From the NCBI GenBank assembly GCA_964501135.1, contig CAZCRI010000001.1:128393-192392 (forward strand): a stretch of DNA of 64,000 bases, given 5' to 3'. The notes beneath the pieces were generated by a model, which searched no databases, had not been told where the DNA came from, and was given only the letters and a program-made list of their open reading frames with translations. A program made the translations under genes and the position numbers. The first letter of the stretch is position 1. Every line of letters begins with the position of its first letter. This document shows positions 18,798 to 27,933 of the stretch, in pieces. The stretch comes from an uncultured Candidatus Saccharibacteria bacterium. Lineage in GTDB: Bacteria > Patescibacteriota > CPR2 > UBA1875 > CAIMLA01.

Positions 18798-19073
18798 CCC
18801 TCACAAGATTTTGTATTTTTTAATAAAATTAGGCACAAACCAATGAAAAGAAGTTGTTGGTTCCGTTTGGAACCTTGTGCTTCCTCCCATAAGCCTATGC
18901 CCATAGAAGTACCTAATTAATCTTATTTTTTGTTTTGGGGCGGTTTTGGCCCTAGACGATAAATGCCCTTAGTTATCACCAAAGACAACTATATTATACA
19001 CCCAGGGGTCAACGTTTCAAGGGTGGTTTATGCACATTCTAACATTCTATAGAACGTTAGAATGTTGTTTTGC

Positions 19074-19103
19074 GAGATAAAAAACCGGCCCTAGGGCCGG
19101 TGG
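19074..19103 (-). terminator. rho-independent terminator of rpmB
   Basis: minus strand CCGGCCC-TAG-GGCCGG followed by TTTTTT. Confidence 0.6.
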
Positions 19104-19114
19104 ATATGTCTATA

Positions 19115-19297
19115 TTATTTAGTGACTTTGCTTGCCGTCTTGATACATTTGGTGCAAGCCTTTACGCGTTTAGTTTCGCCTGCTGGAGTAAACCATTGCA
19201 AATTAGGTAGCCAGCGACGCTTAGTCTTGGCATGTGAGTGACTGACATTGTTACCAGCCATTGGTTTTTTTCCGCAAACTTTACATTCTACACTCAT
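19115..19297 (-). CDS. rpmB: 50S ribosomal protein L28
   Basis: [34 protein letters not shown] matches L28 consensus. Confidence 0.85.
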   Translation of the reverse strand: MSVECKVCGKKPMAGNNVSHSHAKTKRRWLPNLQWFTPAGETKRVKACTKCIKTASKVTK

Positions 19298-19373
19298 GTA
19301 GGACTCCTAGTCTTTCAATACAACGTGGTAAATGTTATCATAATCTCACTTTAAGGTCAAGGATAAATAGGCT

Positions 19374-20006
19374 ATGTTACTACTCAAATTCATTCAGTTT
19401 CCCGAGTTGATTCTCTATATTCCAGTGTCATTAATTATTGGCATTACAGTTCATGAATTTATGCACGCTTGGACTGCGAATTATCTGGGCGATCCAACTC
19501 CGAAGAAATTTGGTCGTCTTTCCTTGAATCCACTAGCTCACCTAGAGCCTATTGGTACTTTGGCTCTGCTTTTCCTTGGTTTCGGATGGGGTAAGCCGGT
19601 GCCGGTAAATCCAAATAACTTCAAGAATCCTCGTCTCGGTTCAGCCCTAACCTCGATAGCAGGTCCTCTGACCAATCTACTGGTTGCCGATGTACTGGCT
19701 ATCATTTATCGCTTTAGCGGGCTAACTACTGACACTCTGGGCGGTAGGGTAATTCTAGCAGTTATCTTTTATAACCTTCTACTAATGGTGTTCAACTTGA
19801 TTCCAATCCCGCCACTAGATGGCGCTGGATTCGTCGCTCTCTTCTTTCCGAGTTTCGACAGCGAGAAATTTCATCAAGTAGGGCCGATTATCCTAATAAT
19901 CATCCTCTTCTTCACCGGATTTACCTTTATCTTGCCGATACTTTTCTATATCCTCAAACTTATCGGTATAAACCCTACCAGCATCTATTTCCTATTTTCG
20001 GGATAA
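19374..20006 (+). CDS. site-2 protease family (peptidase M50) membrane metalloprotease
   Basis: HEFMHAW (HExxH) in TM helix, multi-TM, LIPIPPLDG motif. Confidence 0.75.
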   Translation: MLLLKFIQFPELILYIPVSLIIGITVHEFMHAWTANYLGDPTPKKFGRLSLNPLAHLEPIGTLALLFLGFGWGKPVPVNPNNFKNPRLGSALTSIAGPLTNLLVADVLAIIYRFSGLTTDTLGGRVILAVIFYNLLLMVFNLIPIPPLDGAGFVALFFPSFDSEKFHQVGPIILIIILFFTGFTFILPILFYILKLIGINPTSIYFLFSG

Positions 20007-20024
20007 ACCGTTTTGCTGCAGCGA

Positions 20025-20100
20025 CGGGGTGTAGCGCAGCTGGTAGCGCGTACGGCTGGGGGCCGTGAGGTCGCAGGTTCAAGTCCTGTCACCCCGACCA
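20025..20100 (+). tRNA. tRNA-Pro (anticodon GGG), CCA encoded
   Basis: acceptor CGGGGTG/CACCCCG, anticodon loop CTGGGGG, T-loop TTCAAGT. Confidence 0.85.
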
Positions 20101-20221
20101 CGTCATAATAATATTCCAATAATCGCAGGCCACCAAGGTGGCTGCTTTTATTTACATATTATTATTCCTTTCCGATCAAAACATAAGTTTCGATCGGGTA
20201 CCGAGGAGACGGTGCAGGTGA

Positions 20222-21136
20222 GTGAGTTTTTCTGCTATAATACCTACTATGCGATGCGACCAAGAAGTAATCAGAAGACTCCTTGCTAGGAAGAAGAGCC
20301 GCAAGGATGACTACAAAATAGGTCTAATAGTTCAAGGAGGAGGGATGCGAGGCGCCTTTTCTAGTGGCGCTATGATGGGTCTCGACGACTTGGGGCTTAC
20401 AAATGCCTTTGATTATGTCTATGGAGCTTCATCGGGTAGCTGCGCGGGGGCTTATCTCTTATCGGGTCAAATTCAAACCGCTGGCTCTATATACTGGGAT
20501 TACCTTTACGGTTTTCGTTTTATCAAGCCATGGCAATGGGGAAGAATCCTCGATCTTGACTACCTTTGTGACGATTTATTCCGAAATGAGCACAAGCTAG
20601 ACGTGAAGAAATTACGCAAGAACCCGGCAATACTCAAGGTGTACCTCACGGATAGTAGGACTGGACGTAGTGAATTTGTAACCAATCGTGACGATGATGA
20701 TATGGTCACGGCAATCAAGGCGTCCTGTTCTTTGCCTGCATACTACAAGGAACCGATAGAGCTTCGAGGAAGGGCATACTATGATGGTAACGTCGGAAAG
20801 GCACTTGCCTTCGAGGAGGCCCTTCGTGATGGATGTACTGATTTATTAGTGATTACTACGGTTGCGGAGAATGTCAAAGATTCGCCATTCCTCAGCCGCT
20901 TTCTGACTTTTGGATTTAGCAGTAAAGTAAGAGAGATGGTGAAGCCAAAGTTACTCTACTATCAAGAGAACCTGGCGATGGTTTTCGGACGCAAGAAATT
21001 CAAAGGGGTAAATATATATACCATTGCACCATCAACCACCTTATTTAGGGCAGAGATCCGCCAGAAAGTTTTGGCAAAGACCGGGAAGCAAGGACACGAC
21101 GCAGTAATTAAGGCATTCGAGAAAGGAAGTAAATGA
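20222..21136 (+). CDS. patatin-like phospholipase
   Basis: GGGMRGAFSSG oxyanion motif, GASSG serine motif, DGN near C-term; alternative leaderless ATG start at 20249 just after TATAAT 20236-20241. Confidence 0.75.
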   Translation: MSFSAIIPTMRCDQEVIRRLLARKKSRKDDYKIGLIVQGGGMRGAFSSGAMMGLDDLGLTNAFDYVYGASSGSCAGAYLLSGQIQTAGSIYWDYLYGFRFIKPWQWGRILDLDYLCDDLFRNEHKLDVKKLRKNPAILKVYLTDSRTGRSEFVTNRDDDDMVTAIKASCSLPAYYKEPIELRGRAYYDGNVGKALAFEEALRDGCTDLLVITTVAENVKDSPFLSRFLTFGFSSKVREMVKPKLLYYQENLAMVFGRKKFKGVNIYTIAPSTTLFRAEIRQKVLAKTGKQGHDAVIKAFEKGSK

Positions 21137-21537
21137 ACAAGATGATTATAAATACGGACGGTGGCTCTCGTGGTAACCCTGGACCAGCTGGCATCGGGGT
21201 GGTATTTAGCGATGAAAACGGAGATGTGGTTGCTTCTTTTAAGGAATGTATTGGCGAGGAAACCAATAACACCGCAGAGTACCGAGCGCTTATCCTTGCT
21301 CTCGAGAAGGCTAAAGATTTTGAATTCTCCGAGGCAGAGTGTCGCCTCGATAGTGAGCTCGTGGTCAAGCAACTGCTTGGCCAGTATAAAGTAAAGGATG
21401 CCAAGATGAAGTTGCTTTACGCTCAAGTACAAGAATTGATGTTCTTTCGACCTGTAAAATTTGTTCATGTCAGGCGTGAATTCAATAAACTTGCTGATGC
21501 TTTAGTAAATGAAGCACTAGACGAAGCCGGTTTTTAG
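21133..21537 (+). CDS. ribonuclease H type 1-like protein
   Basis: INTDGGSRGNPGPAGIGVV...NNTAEYRALILAL...D-E-D catalytic pattern; overlaps patatin gene stop (ATGA). Confidence 0.7.
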   Translation: MNKMIINTDGGSRGNPGPAGIGVVFSDENGDVVASFKECIGEETNNTAEYRALILALEKAKDFEFSEAECRLDSELVVKQLLGQYKVKDAKMKLLYAQVQELMFFRPVKFVHVRREFNKLADALVNEALDEAGF

Positions 21538-21574
21538 TCTTGTCATATATTGACAAGTGTGTTATAATATATAA

Positions 21575-21966
21575 GTTCAGCTAGCTAGACAATCGCCCCC
21601 TTGGGGGAGGAAAGTCCGGGCACTACATGATTGGAATAGTTGCTAACGGCAACCGGTCGTGAGGCTAGGGAAAGTGCCACAGAGACAATACTGCCGATGG
21701 CTCGAAAGAGTACAGGTGATGGTGAAAAGAGTGAGGTAAGAGCGCACAGTGGGTTGTGGTGACACAACTCAGAGGTAAACCCTATTTGGTGCAAGACAGG
21801 TGGGCTAGGGTAAGGTCGATATGATCGCTTGGGGTAAAATCCAAGTAGTCTCCAATTCGAAAAAGCTGTAATCAGAGCCCCTTACCTGCGGTCCTGTCGC
21901 GTAGATAGATGATTGTCAGATCCTAGCAATAGGACGAACAAAACCCGGCTTATCGGCTAACTGAAC
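21575..21966 (+). ncRNA. rnpB: RNase P RNA, bacterial type A
   Basis: P4 strands GGAAAGTCCGGGC and ACAAAACCCGGCTTATCGG; P1 pairing GTTCAGCTAGC/GCTAACTGAAC; extended -10 TGtTATAAT at 21560-21568; terminator follows. Confidence 0.85.
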
Positions 21967-21970
21967 ACTA

Positions 21971-22000
21971 AAAAACCCGACTAACCAGTCGGGTTTTTTA
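21971..22000 (+). terminator. rho-independent terminator after rnpB (bidirectional with convergent minus-strand gene)
   Basis: AAAAAACCCGACT-AACC-AGTCGGGTTTTTT. Confidence 0.75.
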
Positions 22001-22282
22001 GTACTTGATGTTCCAGTGGGAAAGAATGGGGGTAAAAAGGTTTGTTTTATAGATTACAACCCCTAGCAGGCAGACTATCAGTACAAAAACTCCAATAATC
22101 ACGAGAGTACTGCGAAGATCTTTGCCGATGAACTCATCCTGAGGGCTTAGTGAGCTTTTCTTGCTGTGACTTTCCGCAACCGTCTCTATGCTCTTTCGAA
22201 TGACAGGATTCTTGGTTAGGTGCTCCAGATGGTGCCTGGTAACCTCTTTTTCGATTCTAGTTTTGGTCTTTTTCTTGCTCAT
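21998..22282 (-). CDS. small basic membrane protein, hypothetical
   Basis: 94 aa, K-rich N-terminus, one TM helix. Confidence 0.45.
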   Translation of the reverse strand: MSKKKTKTRIEKEVTRHHLEHLTKNPVIRKSIETVAESHSKKSSLSPQDEFIGKDLRSTLVIIGVFVLIVCLLGVVIYKTNLFTPILSHWNIKY

Positions 22283-22370
22283 AATACTTTATGATTATAG
22301 TGCAGTTTGTACTCCTTGTCATCAAAAACTTGAAAATTCCCTCAGAATAGTCGATAATTGGGGCACGAAG

Positions 22371-22835
22371 ATGGTGGATATGACTACGATAGCTTTAATA
22401 CTCATCGCAGTTCTGCTTTTGTGGAACGGCATTTTGACGTATCTATACCTGCGCACCAGAAAACAAAATGCAGTTTTCTTTGATGACGGGAGCAAGAATC
22501 TACGAGATTTGGTTACTAGAGCGATAACCGAAAACAAGGCAATCCATCAGCGCGCTGCCAAGATCGAGGGTAGTATTGATCAGATATCTGCTATTATCAA
22601 GAATAGCTATCAGAAATTCGCGATGGTTAGGTATAATCCTTTTTCTGACACTGGTGGTGACCAGAGCTTTAGCTTGGCACTACTAGACTTGAACAATAAC
22701 GGATTTGTAATCACCAGTATTCATGGCCGCGAAGTAAATAGGATATATGCCAAACAGATTGTGGGTGGCAAATCGAGTCATAATTTAAGCGCCGAAGAGG
22801 AAGAGGCGATAAGGAGAGCCGTAAATGAAAAATAA
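22371..22835 (+). CDS. membrane-anchored protein of unknown function (possibly DUF4446-like), upstream of and overlapping bactofilin gene
   Basis: ORF 22188-22835 overlaps convergent gene; internal ATG 22371 gives N-terminal TM (MVDMTTIALILIAVLLLW); conserved GGDQSFSLALLDLNNNGFVITSIHGR. Confidence 0.5.
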   Translation: MVDMTTIALILIAVLLLWNGILTYLYLRTRKQNAVFFDDGSKNLRDLVTRAITENKAIHQRAAKIEGSIDQISAIIKNSYQKFAMVRYNPFSDTGGDQSFSLALLDLNNNGFVITSIHGREVNRIYAKQIVGGKSSHNLSAEEEEAIRRAVNEK

Positions 22836-23268
22836 AGGAGATGGTATGTTCGAGAAACGCGAAGAAACCCACGTAAGTGGCGCCGCTGAGACTGTAGTTG
22901 GGACATCGGTAAAACTAAAGGGTAACCTACGCAGCGAAGGCGACATTACTGTAGACGGTAGCGTCAATGGTGAGATTAAAACCAAGGGTACGGTAAACAT
23001 TGGGCCAAATGCCCACATTATTGCCAACGTTCAGGCAAAGAATGTCGTAATTGCCGGCACAGTTCAGGGGAATGTAGTTGCAAATGAGCGCCTAAATATT
23101 ACCGAATCAGGACGAGTTTACGGTGATATCTCGGCAAACATCCTAGCAATTTCCGCTGGGGCAATTTTTACTGGCAAATCTACCATGGCTGAGACCATTA
23201 TGCAGCCAGAGATTGAGCTGACCCTAGAAACCGAAGAAGTTCTCGTCGACGAAAAAGCTGCAAAATAG
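22825..23268 (+). CDS. bactofilin-family cytoskeletal protein
   Basis: beta-helical repeat pattern (GDITVDGSVNGEIKTKGTVNIGPNAHIIANVQAKNVVIAGTVQGNVVANERLNI...). Confidence 0.8.
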   Translation: MKNKGDGMFEKREETHVSGAAETVVGTSVKLKGNLRSEGDITVDGSVNGEIKTKGTVNIGPNAHIIANVQAKNVVIAGTVQGNVVANERLNITESGRVYGDISANILAISAGAIFTGKSTMAETIMQPEIELTLETEEVLVDEKAAK

Positions 23269-23343
23269 CAACCAGCGAATTTAGAGTAGTGGCTATTGCT
23301 GCTATTTTGAACTGAAAATAATCAAAGAATCGAAAATTATTTT

Positions 23344-24216
23344 ATGTACTATTACATCATCAACCCAGCTTCGGGCGGTGGAAAAATTAATAAGGTGCAA
23401 GATAAGCTGAAGGACCGGCTCAAAGAGCTCGGAATTGCCGGCGAATTTGTCAAAAGCACCGGTCCTGGGGACATTCCACGTCTGACTCGTATGGCGATAG
23501 AAAAAGGCTACAAAACGATCGTAGCTGTTGGTGGTGATGGGACGATAAACGAAATTATCAATTCCATCGGTACTTCGGGGGTTGCGTTGGGGATTATTCC
23601 ACTCGGAGCTACAAATGAGCTAGCCGGCATGCTAGGGATTCCTGATTGGCAGACAGCGTGCAATATTCTTGCTGCTCGCAAGATAGAAGAGGTGGATCTT
23701 GGAATTATAAACGATAATGTTTTTGTGACTTCGGCGGCGATCGGCTTTGACAATATCGTCTTTGACCTGAAGCGCAACATGGCATCTGGAGCGTTCGGCA
23801 AATTTGGTTATCTCACGAAGCTTTCGGCAGCAATTCGGGGTTTCAAGCCGGTTCGTTTGACCCTAGATTTTGATAAAAAATACACCGTCGATACTGATTG
23901 TTTTAATTTTTCCCTTTCCAACAGCGCTTTTTATCACTTTTTACCTCAAGTGGTACGCCCTCAAGATAATATGCTCGATGCGATTCTCGTCGGGCAACTT
24001 GGCTTTTCGGACGCGCTTAAATATGGTCAGGACAACCTGGATCTCTCTAAACGTCCGGGACAGGTATCAATATTCCATACCCGTAAGCTTACAATTACCT
24101 CTCCAAAACCAGTGCCGGTAAGCGCGGATGGTAAAATTGTTGCTCATACACCCGTAACAATTCGTGTCTCCGATAAAAAACTGAAGGTAATTGTCTCCAG
24201 GAAGCGCCAGTTCTAG
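23344..24216 (+). CDS. diacylglycerol kinase-family lipid kinase (YegS/DagK-like)
   Basis: DAGK catalytic motif VAVGGDGTINE; INPASGGG N-terminus. Confidence 0.8.
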   Translation: MYYYIINPASGGGKINKVQDKLKDRLKELGIAGEFVKSTGPGDIPRLTRMAIEKGYKTIVAVGGDGTINEIINSIGTSGVALGIIPLGATNELAGMLGIPDWQTACNILAARKIEEVDLGIINDNVFVTSAAIGFDNIVFDLKRNMASGAFGKFGYLTKLSAAIRGFKPVRLTLDFDKKYTVDTDCFNFSLSNSAFYHFLPQVVRPQDNMLDAILVGQLGFSDALKYGQDNLDLSKRPGQVSIFHTRKLTITSPKPVPVSADGKIVAHTPVTIRVSDKKLKVIVSRKRQF

Positions 24217-24223
24217 CTCACCG

Positions 24224-24252
24224 TTGACATTTGTACTTATTTTTGATAGAAT
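24224..24252 (+). promoter_or_regulatory. sigma70-like promoter of infC-rpmI-rplT operon
   Basis: TTGACA (24224-24229), 17-nt spacer, TAGAAT (24247-24252). Confidence 0.55.
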
Positions 24253-24278
24253 TAACCACAGTTTTTTGGGAGAAAAAG

Positions 24279-24806
24279 ATAGAAAAAAAGACCCGCATTA
24301 ACCAACAGATTCGCGTATCAGAAGTACGACTTATTTCTCATGATGGCGAGCAGGTTGGTGTTGTGCCTACCTCCACTGCACTAGCAATGGCAGAAGAGGT
24401 CGGTCTTGACCTTGTCGAAGTTTCGCCAAACGCGGCTCCACCGGTTGCCAAAATCTTAGATTGGGGCAAATACAAATACGAGCAGCAGAAACAACAGGCA
24501 AAGGCTAAGGCAAAGCAAAAAACTACAGAGCTCAAGGGAATTCGTCTCGGTGTAAAAATCGGTGCCCATGACCTTGATACCAAACTCAAAAATGCCGAGA
24601 AGTTTCTAGGCAAGGATGACAAGGTAAAGTTCGCCCTTCGTTTCCGTGGTCGAGAAATCGTTCACAAGGAGCTTGGGGAAAAGATTCTGCTGAATGTAGC
24701 GGAAAGACTCTCGGAAATCTCCGAGGTCGAGCAAAAACCTACCTTTGCTGGACGCGAAATGACACTCATTGTCGCGCCCAAGAAAACCAAGAGTTCAAAA
24801 GAGTAA
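24279..24806 (+). CDS. infC: translation initiation factor IF-3, probable non-AUG (ATA) start
   Basis: IRVSEVRLI...KIGAHDLDTKLKNAEKFL...VKFALRFRGRE; GGGAG RBS 6 nt upstream of in-frame ATA 24279; no in-frame ATG downstream of promoter. Confidence 0.8.
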   Translation: MEKKTRINQQIRVSEVRLISHDGEQVGVVPTSTALAMAEEVGLDLVEVSPNAAPPVAKILDWGKYKYEQQKQQAKAKAKQKTTELKGIRLGVKIGAHDLDTKLKNAEKFLGKDDKVKFALRFRGREIVHKELGEKILLNVAERLSEISEVEQKPTFAGREMTLIVAPKKTKSSKE

Positions 24807-24875
24807 TATATAAAGTTTGTAAGTCCGAAGTTCGCTCAGATTCTGAAGTCCCTAGGATAAATACAGGAGGCAGTT

Positions 24876-25073
24876 ATGCCAAAGATGAAAACACATAGTG
24901 GTGCTGCAAAGAGATTTACCATCACAAAGACCGGTAAGATGAAGCGTGAAAATGCTTTTGCTAACCATCTTTTGGAGCACAAAACTCAGGATCAGAAACG
25001 CGGATACCGTGGTACTTCAAATGTCTCTTCTGCTGATCGTAAAAATGTTAAGAAAATGTTGGGAGTCGGTTAA
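24876..25073 (+). CDS. rpmI: 50S ribosomal protein L35
   Basis: MPKMKTHSGAAKRF...; GGAGG RBS. Confidence 0.9.
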   Translation: MPKMKTHSGAAKRFTITKTGKMKRENAFANHLLEHKTQDQKRGYRGTSNVSSADRKNVKKMLGVG

Positions 25074-25414
25074 TGAGAGTTAAGAGAGGCGTTACAAGCC
25101 ACGCAAAACACAAGAAGGTAATGGCCCAGACAAAGGGCATGAGCAAGATTCGCCGAAGCAGTATCAAGAAGGCAAAAGAAGCTCTAATGAAGGCATGGGC
25201 CTATCAGTATCGAGATCGACGTAACATGAAGCGTGATTTTCGCGCACTTTGGATTACTCGCGTCGGAAATGCCGCTAAGGCTTCTGGAATGTCATATTCT
25301 CGCTTTATCGCTGCATTAAAGGCAAACAAAATTGACCTAGATCGCAAAGTTCTTGCTGAAGTTGCTGTGAATCATCCTACGGTTTTTGAAAAGATTGTAG
25401 AGAAGGTAAAATAG
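25073..25414 (+). CDS. rplT: 50S ribosomal protein L20
   Basis: MRVKRGVTSHAKHKKV...AWAYQYRDRR. Confidence 0.9.
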   Translation: MRVKRGVTSHAKHKKVMAQTKGMSKIRRSSIKKAKEALMKAWAYQYRDRRNMKRDFRALWITRVGNAAKASGMSYSRFIAALKANKIDLDRKVLAEVAVNHPTVFEKIVEKVK

Positions 25415-25599
25415 TGAAAATCTGGGATTGCAAATGCACAGAGTGCAAAGCAGAGTTCCAGGCTGTGCTTGAAGGCGAGGATGATGTCGTAGAGTGCCCT
25501 TCGTGCAACTCAAAGAAAGTTGACCTTACAGAGACAGAGATGGAATTTGGGTGCGGCGGCGGTTGTGGCAGCTGCGGTGGTGGTTGCTCGACAAAGTAG
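25414..25599 (+). CDS. FmdB-family zinc-ribbon protein with Gly/Cys-rich tail
   Basis: CKCTEC...CPSC pattern at N-terminus; C-terminal GCGGGCGSCGGGC. Confidence 0.65.
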   Translation: MKIWDCKCTECKAEFQAVLEGEDDVVECPSCNSKKVDLTETEMEFGCGGGCGSCGGGCSTK

Positions 25600-25674
25600 T
25601 CAACTAAACATAGTATATTTTAAAAGAGCGGTAACGCTCTTTTTTGTTTCTAAGTTTCTAAGATCAATTCTGGC

Positions 25675-26862
25675 TTATTCGTAACGCAGAGCTTCTAGTG
25701 GGTCTAGTTTTGCGGCACGTCTAGCAGGTAAGATGCCGGCAACAGTACTGATAAAGAAGGCAAAACCAACGACGAAACCAGCAAACCAGAGTGGGGTAGC
25801 AAAGAGTTTTACCGAAGGACCATCAAGACTTACAGCGACAAAGTTGATCATCAGGTTGATGCCTTTGCCTAGTAGCCAACCAGTGGAAACCCCGATAAGT
25901 CCGCCAAAGAGTCCGATCATTGAGGCTTCTGCGGTGAAGACAAGAGCCACGTCGCTATTTCTACCGCCAATCGCCTTCATGATACCAATCTCGTGAGTAC
26001 GCTCAAGGAGCGCGATAGTAAGCGTATTGAAGATACCGATAGCAGCAACCATCAGGGCGATAAATCCGAAACCACCAAGGACAAATTTTACGATAGTAAA
26101 GACCTGGTTGATCTGATCTACGGTGTCGGTGACGGAGTTTGTTGGATAGCCCATACTTTCGACTGCCTTGCGAATTTCCATCATCGACTCGCGCTTGGCG
26201 ATCTTGATCTTTACCTTACTGTAGGTGCTACCTTGGAATTTATCGAGGACTTTGATTGGGGTGTAGGCAAATTTAGTTGCATCGTCCTTGGAAATACCAA
26301 TAATTTTCAGTTTTAGCGTACTTTCTTCTTTTTTGTCATTAGAGATAATCTTTACAATTTTGACCCCAAGTTCTTGTCCAAGTGCTTTTGCCGGGTCGGT
26401 GAGCTTGAGGGCCTTAAGACTAGCAATAGAGATAATGGCTTCGTTAGCGTTCTCGTTCGAGAAGGTTTTACTACCGTAATCAACGGTAATGTCCTCGAGG
26501 CTCAGATACTTAGGATTGACGCCGTAGGCAATGGTATCACCGCTGTCCGTATCGGTGCTAATGCTTGCTGGGTAGCTCAGGATAGGGCTAATGTCGGTGA
26601 CTCCCTCTATGCCCTTGAATTTATTGACGGCTTCACTGTTTAGGAGAGTATTTTCCTTTTGACTGGTATTTACAGTAAGTAGGGTAAGAGCGTCAAGATT
26701 AGCAACCTTGCTCACAGCAAGTTCTTGCATCCCGAAACCCAGGGAAACCAAGAATACAATTGCGCCAATACCCACTACAACGCCAGAGATGGTAAGTACG
26801 GTACGGAGCATATTGCGTCGTAAGTTTCCGAAGGAAAGTCTGAGAATATCGATTATCTTCAC
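25675..26862 (-). CDS. ABC transporter permease, FtsX/MacB-like
   Basis: N-terminal TM, large periplasmic loop, C-terminal FtsX 3-TM module. Confidence 0.75.
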   Translation of the reverse strand: MKIIDILRLSFGNLRRNMLRTVLTISGVVVGIGAIVFLVSLGFGMQELAVSKVANLDALTLLTVNTSQKENTLLNSEAVNKFKGIEGVTDISPILSYPASISTDTDSGDTIAYGVNPKYLSLEDITVDYGSKTFSNENANEAIISIASLKALKLTDPAKALGQELGVKIVKIISNDKKEESTLKLKIIGISKDDATKFAYTPIKVLDKFQGSTYSKVKIKIAKRESMMEIRKAVESMGYPTNSVTDTVDQINQVFTIVKFVLGGFGFIALMVAAIGIFNTLTIALLERTHEIGIMKAIGGRNSDVALVFTAEASMIGLFGGLIGVSTGWLLGKGINLMINFVAVSLDGPSVKLFATPLWFAGFVVGFAFFISTVAGILPARRAAKLDPLEALRYE

Positions 26863-27869
26863 TCTTTAGTCTCCTCGGTATCAACAGGTGTTTCTTCTTG
26901 ATTTGTCTCAGCTGAATCTGCTGGCGTTTGTGTGGTATCTGTTTCTTCGGTTCCTGGTTCGATAGCGGCCGTAGTTTCCGTTTCTGGAGCGACTTCTTGT
27001 TCTACAGGTTCTTCAGTCTCAGCCTTCTTCTTGGACTTTTTGCTTGATTTTAGCTTCATACCATCATCGGCATTGCTGTTTCCGGCGGCTTTAACGGCAC
27101 CAATCTCTTTGGCGACATCCTTTAGGTCATCGCTGATGTGCTCTACGCTGTCTACATCGTCCTCGGTCTTCACCTTGCTGTTAACCTGAGTTTTTACCAC
27201 TTTTCCGTCCTGCATAAAGAAGATGCGGTCTGCATAGTCTAGGTATTCCGGGTTATGGGTAATAAGGATAACGGTACGTTTCGATTTGCGGTTTAGAGAG
27301 ATTAAGAGACGCATAACTTCGTTTGCGGATTTGGAGTCCAGATTACCAGTTGGCTCGTCGGCAAGCATAATCCAGGGAGCAGTAACTAAGCTTCGTGCAA
27401 TTGCAACGCGTTGCTGCTGTCCTCCAGAGAGCTGTGAGGAGGTGTGATCAGCGTATTTTGCAAGCCCCACCGTTTCTAGCAAGCTCTTTGCTCTGGCGAT
27501 GCGCTGCGACTTTGAGATTCGAGCAAATGTAAGGGGAAGGGCAATGTTCTCGATAATATTCATCGACGGAATCAGATTAAATGACTGAAATACAATTCCA
27601 ATCTTGGAGCGTCGATATTTGGCCAGACCTTCGTTGTCTAGGGTCGAGAGCTTATCGCCACGAACATAAACCTCACCGGTACTTGGCTTTTGGAGGCCAG
27701 CGATAATGGAAAGCAAGGTCGACTTACCACAACCAGACTGTCCGAAGATACAAATAAACTCTCCCGAATAAATCTCAAGATTTACTCCTTGTAGAGCTTT
27801 TACTTCGACATCGCCAAGTTGATATGTTTTTGAGACATTAACAGCCTTGAAGACTGGTACTTTTGCCAT
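26859..27869 (-). CDS. ABC transporter ATP-binding protein (MacB/LolD-like) with acidic T/E/P-rich C-terminal tail
   Basis: Walker [10 protein letters not shown], signature [13 protein letters not shown], Walker [12 protein letters not shown]. Confidence 0.85.
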   Translation of the reverse strand: MAKVPVFKAVNVSKTYQLGDVEVKALQGVNLEIYSGEFICIFGQSGCGKSTLLSIIAGLQKPSTGEVYVRGDKLSTLDNEGLAKYRRSKIGIVFQSFNLIPSMNIIENIALPLTFARISKSQRIARAKSLLETVGLAKYADHTSSQLSGGQQQRVAIARSLVTAPWIMLADEPTGNLDSKSANEVMRLLISLNRKSKRTVILITHNPEYLDYADRIFFMQDGKVVKTQVNSKVKTEDDVDSVEHISDDLKDVAKEIGAVKAAGNSNADDGMKLKSSKKSKKKAETEEPVEQEVAPETETTAAIEPGTEETDTTQTPADSAETNQEETPVDTEETKE

Positions 27870-27933
27870 AAACCCTCACTACTAAAACAAGTATAAATGA
27901 TTATGAGAAAAGTAAAAAGTATTTTTGCGTTTT

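Noticed and set aside
21585-21794. 69-aa minus-strand ORF
   Set aside because: It lies entirely within the RNase P RNA gene.
24231-24278. TTG 24231 as the infC start (as in the ORF track)
   Set aside because: It lies inside the -35/-10 promoter elements, so the start codon must be downstream (ATA 24279).
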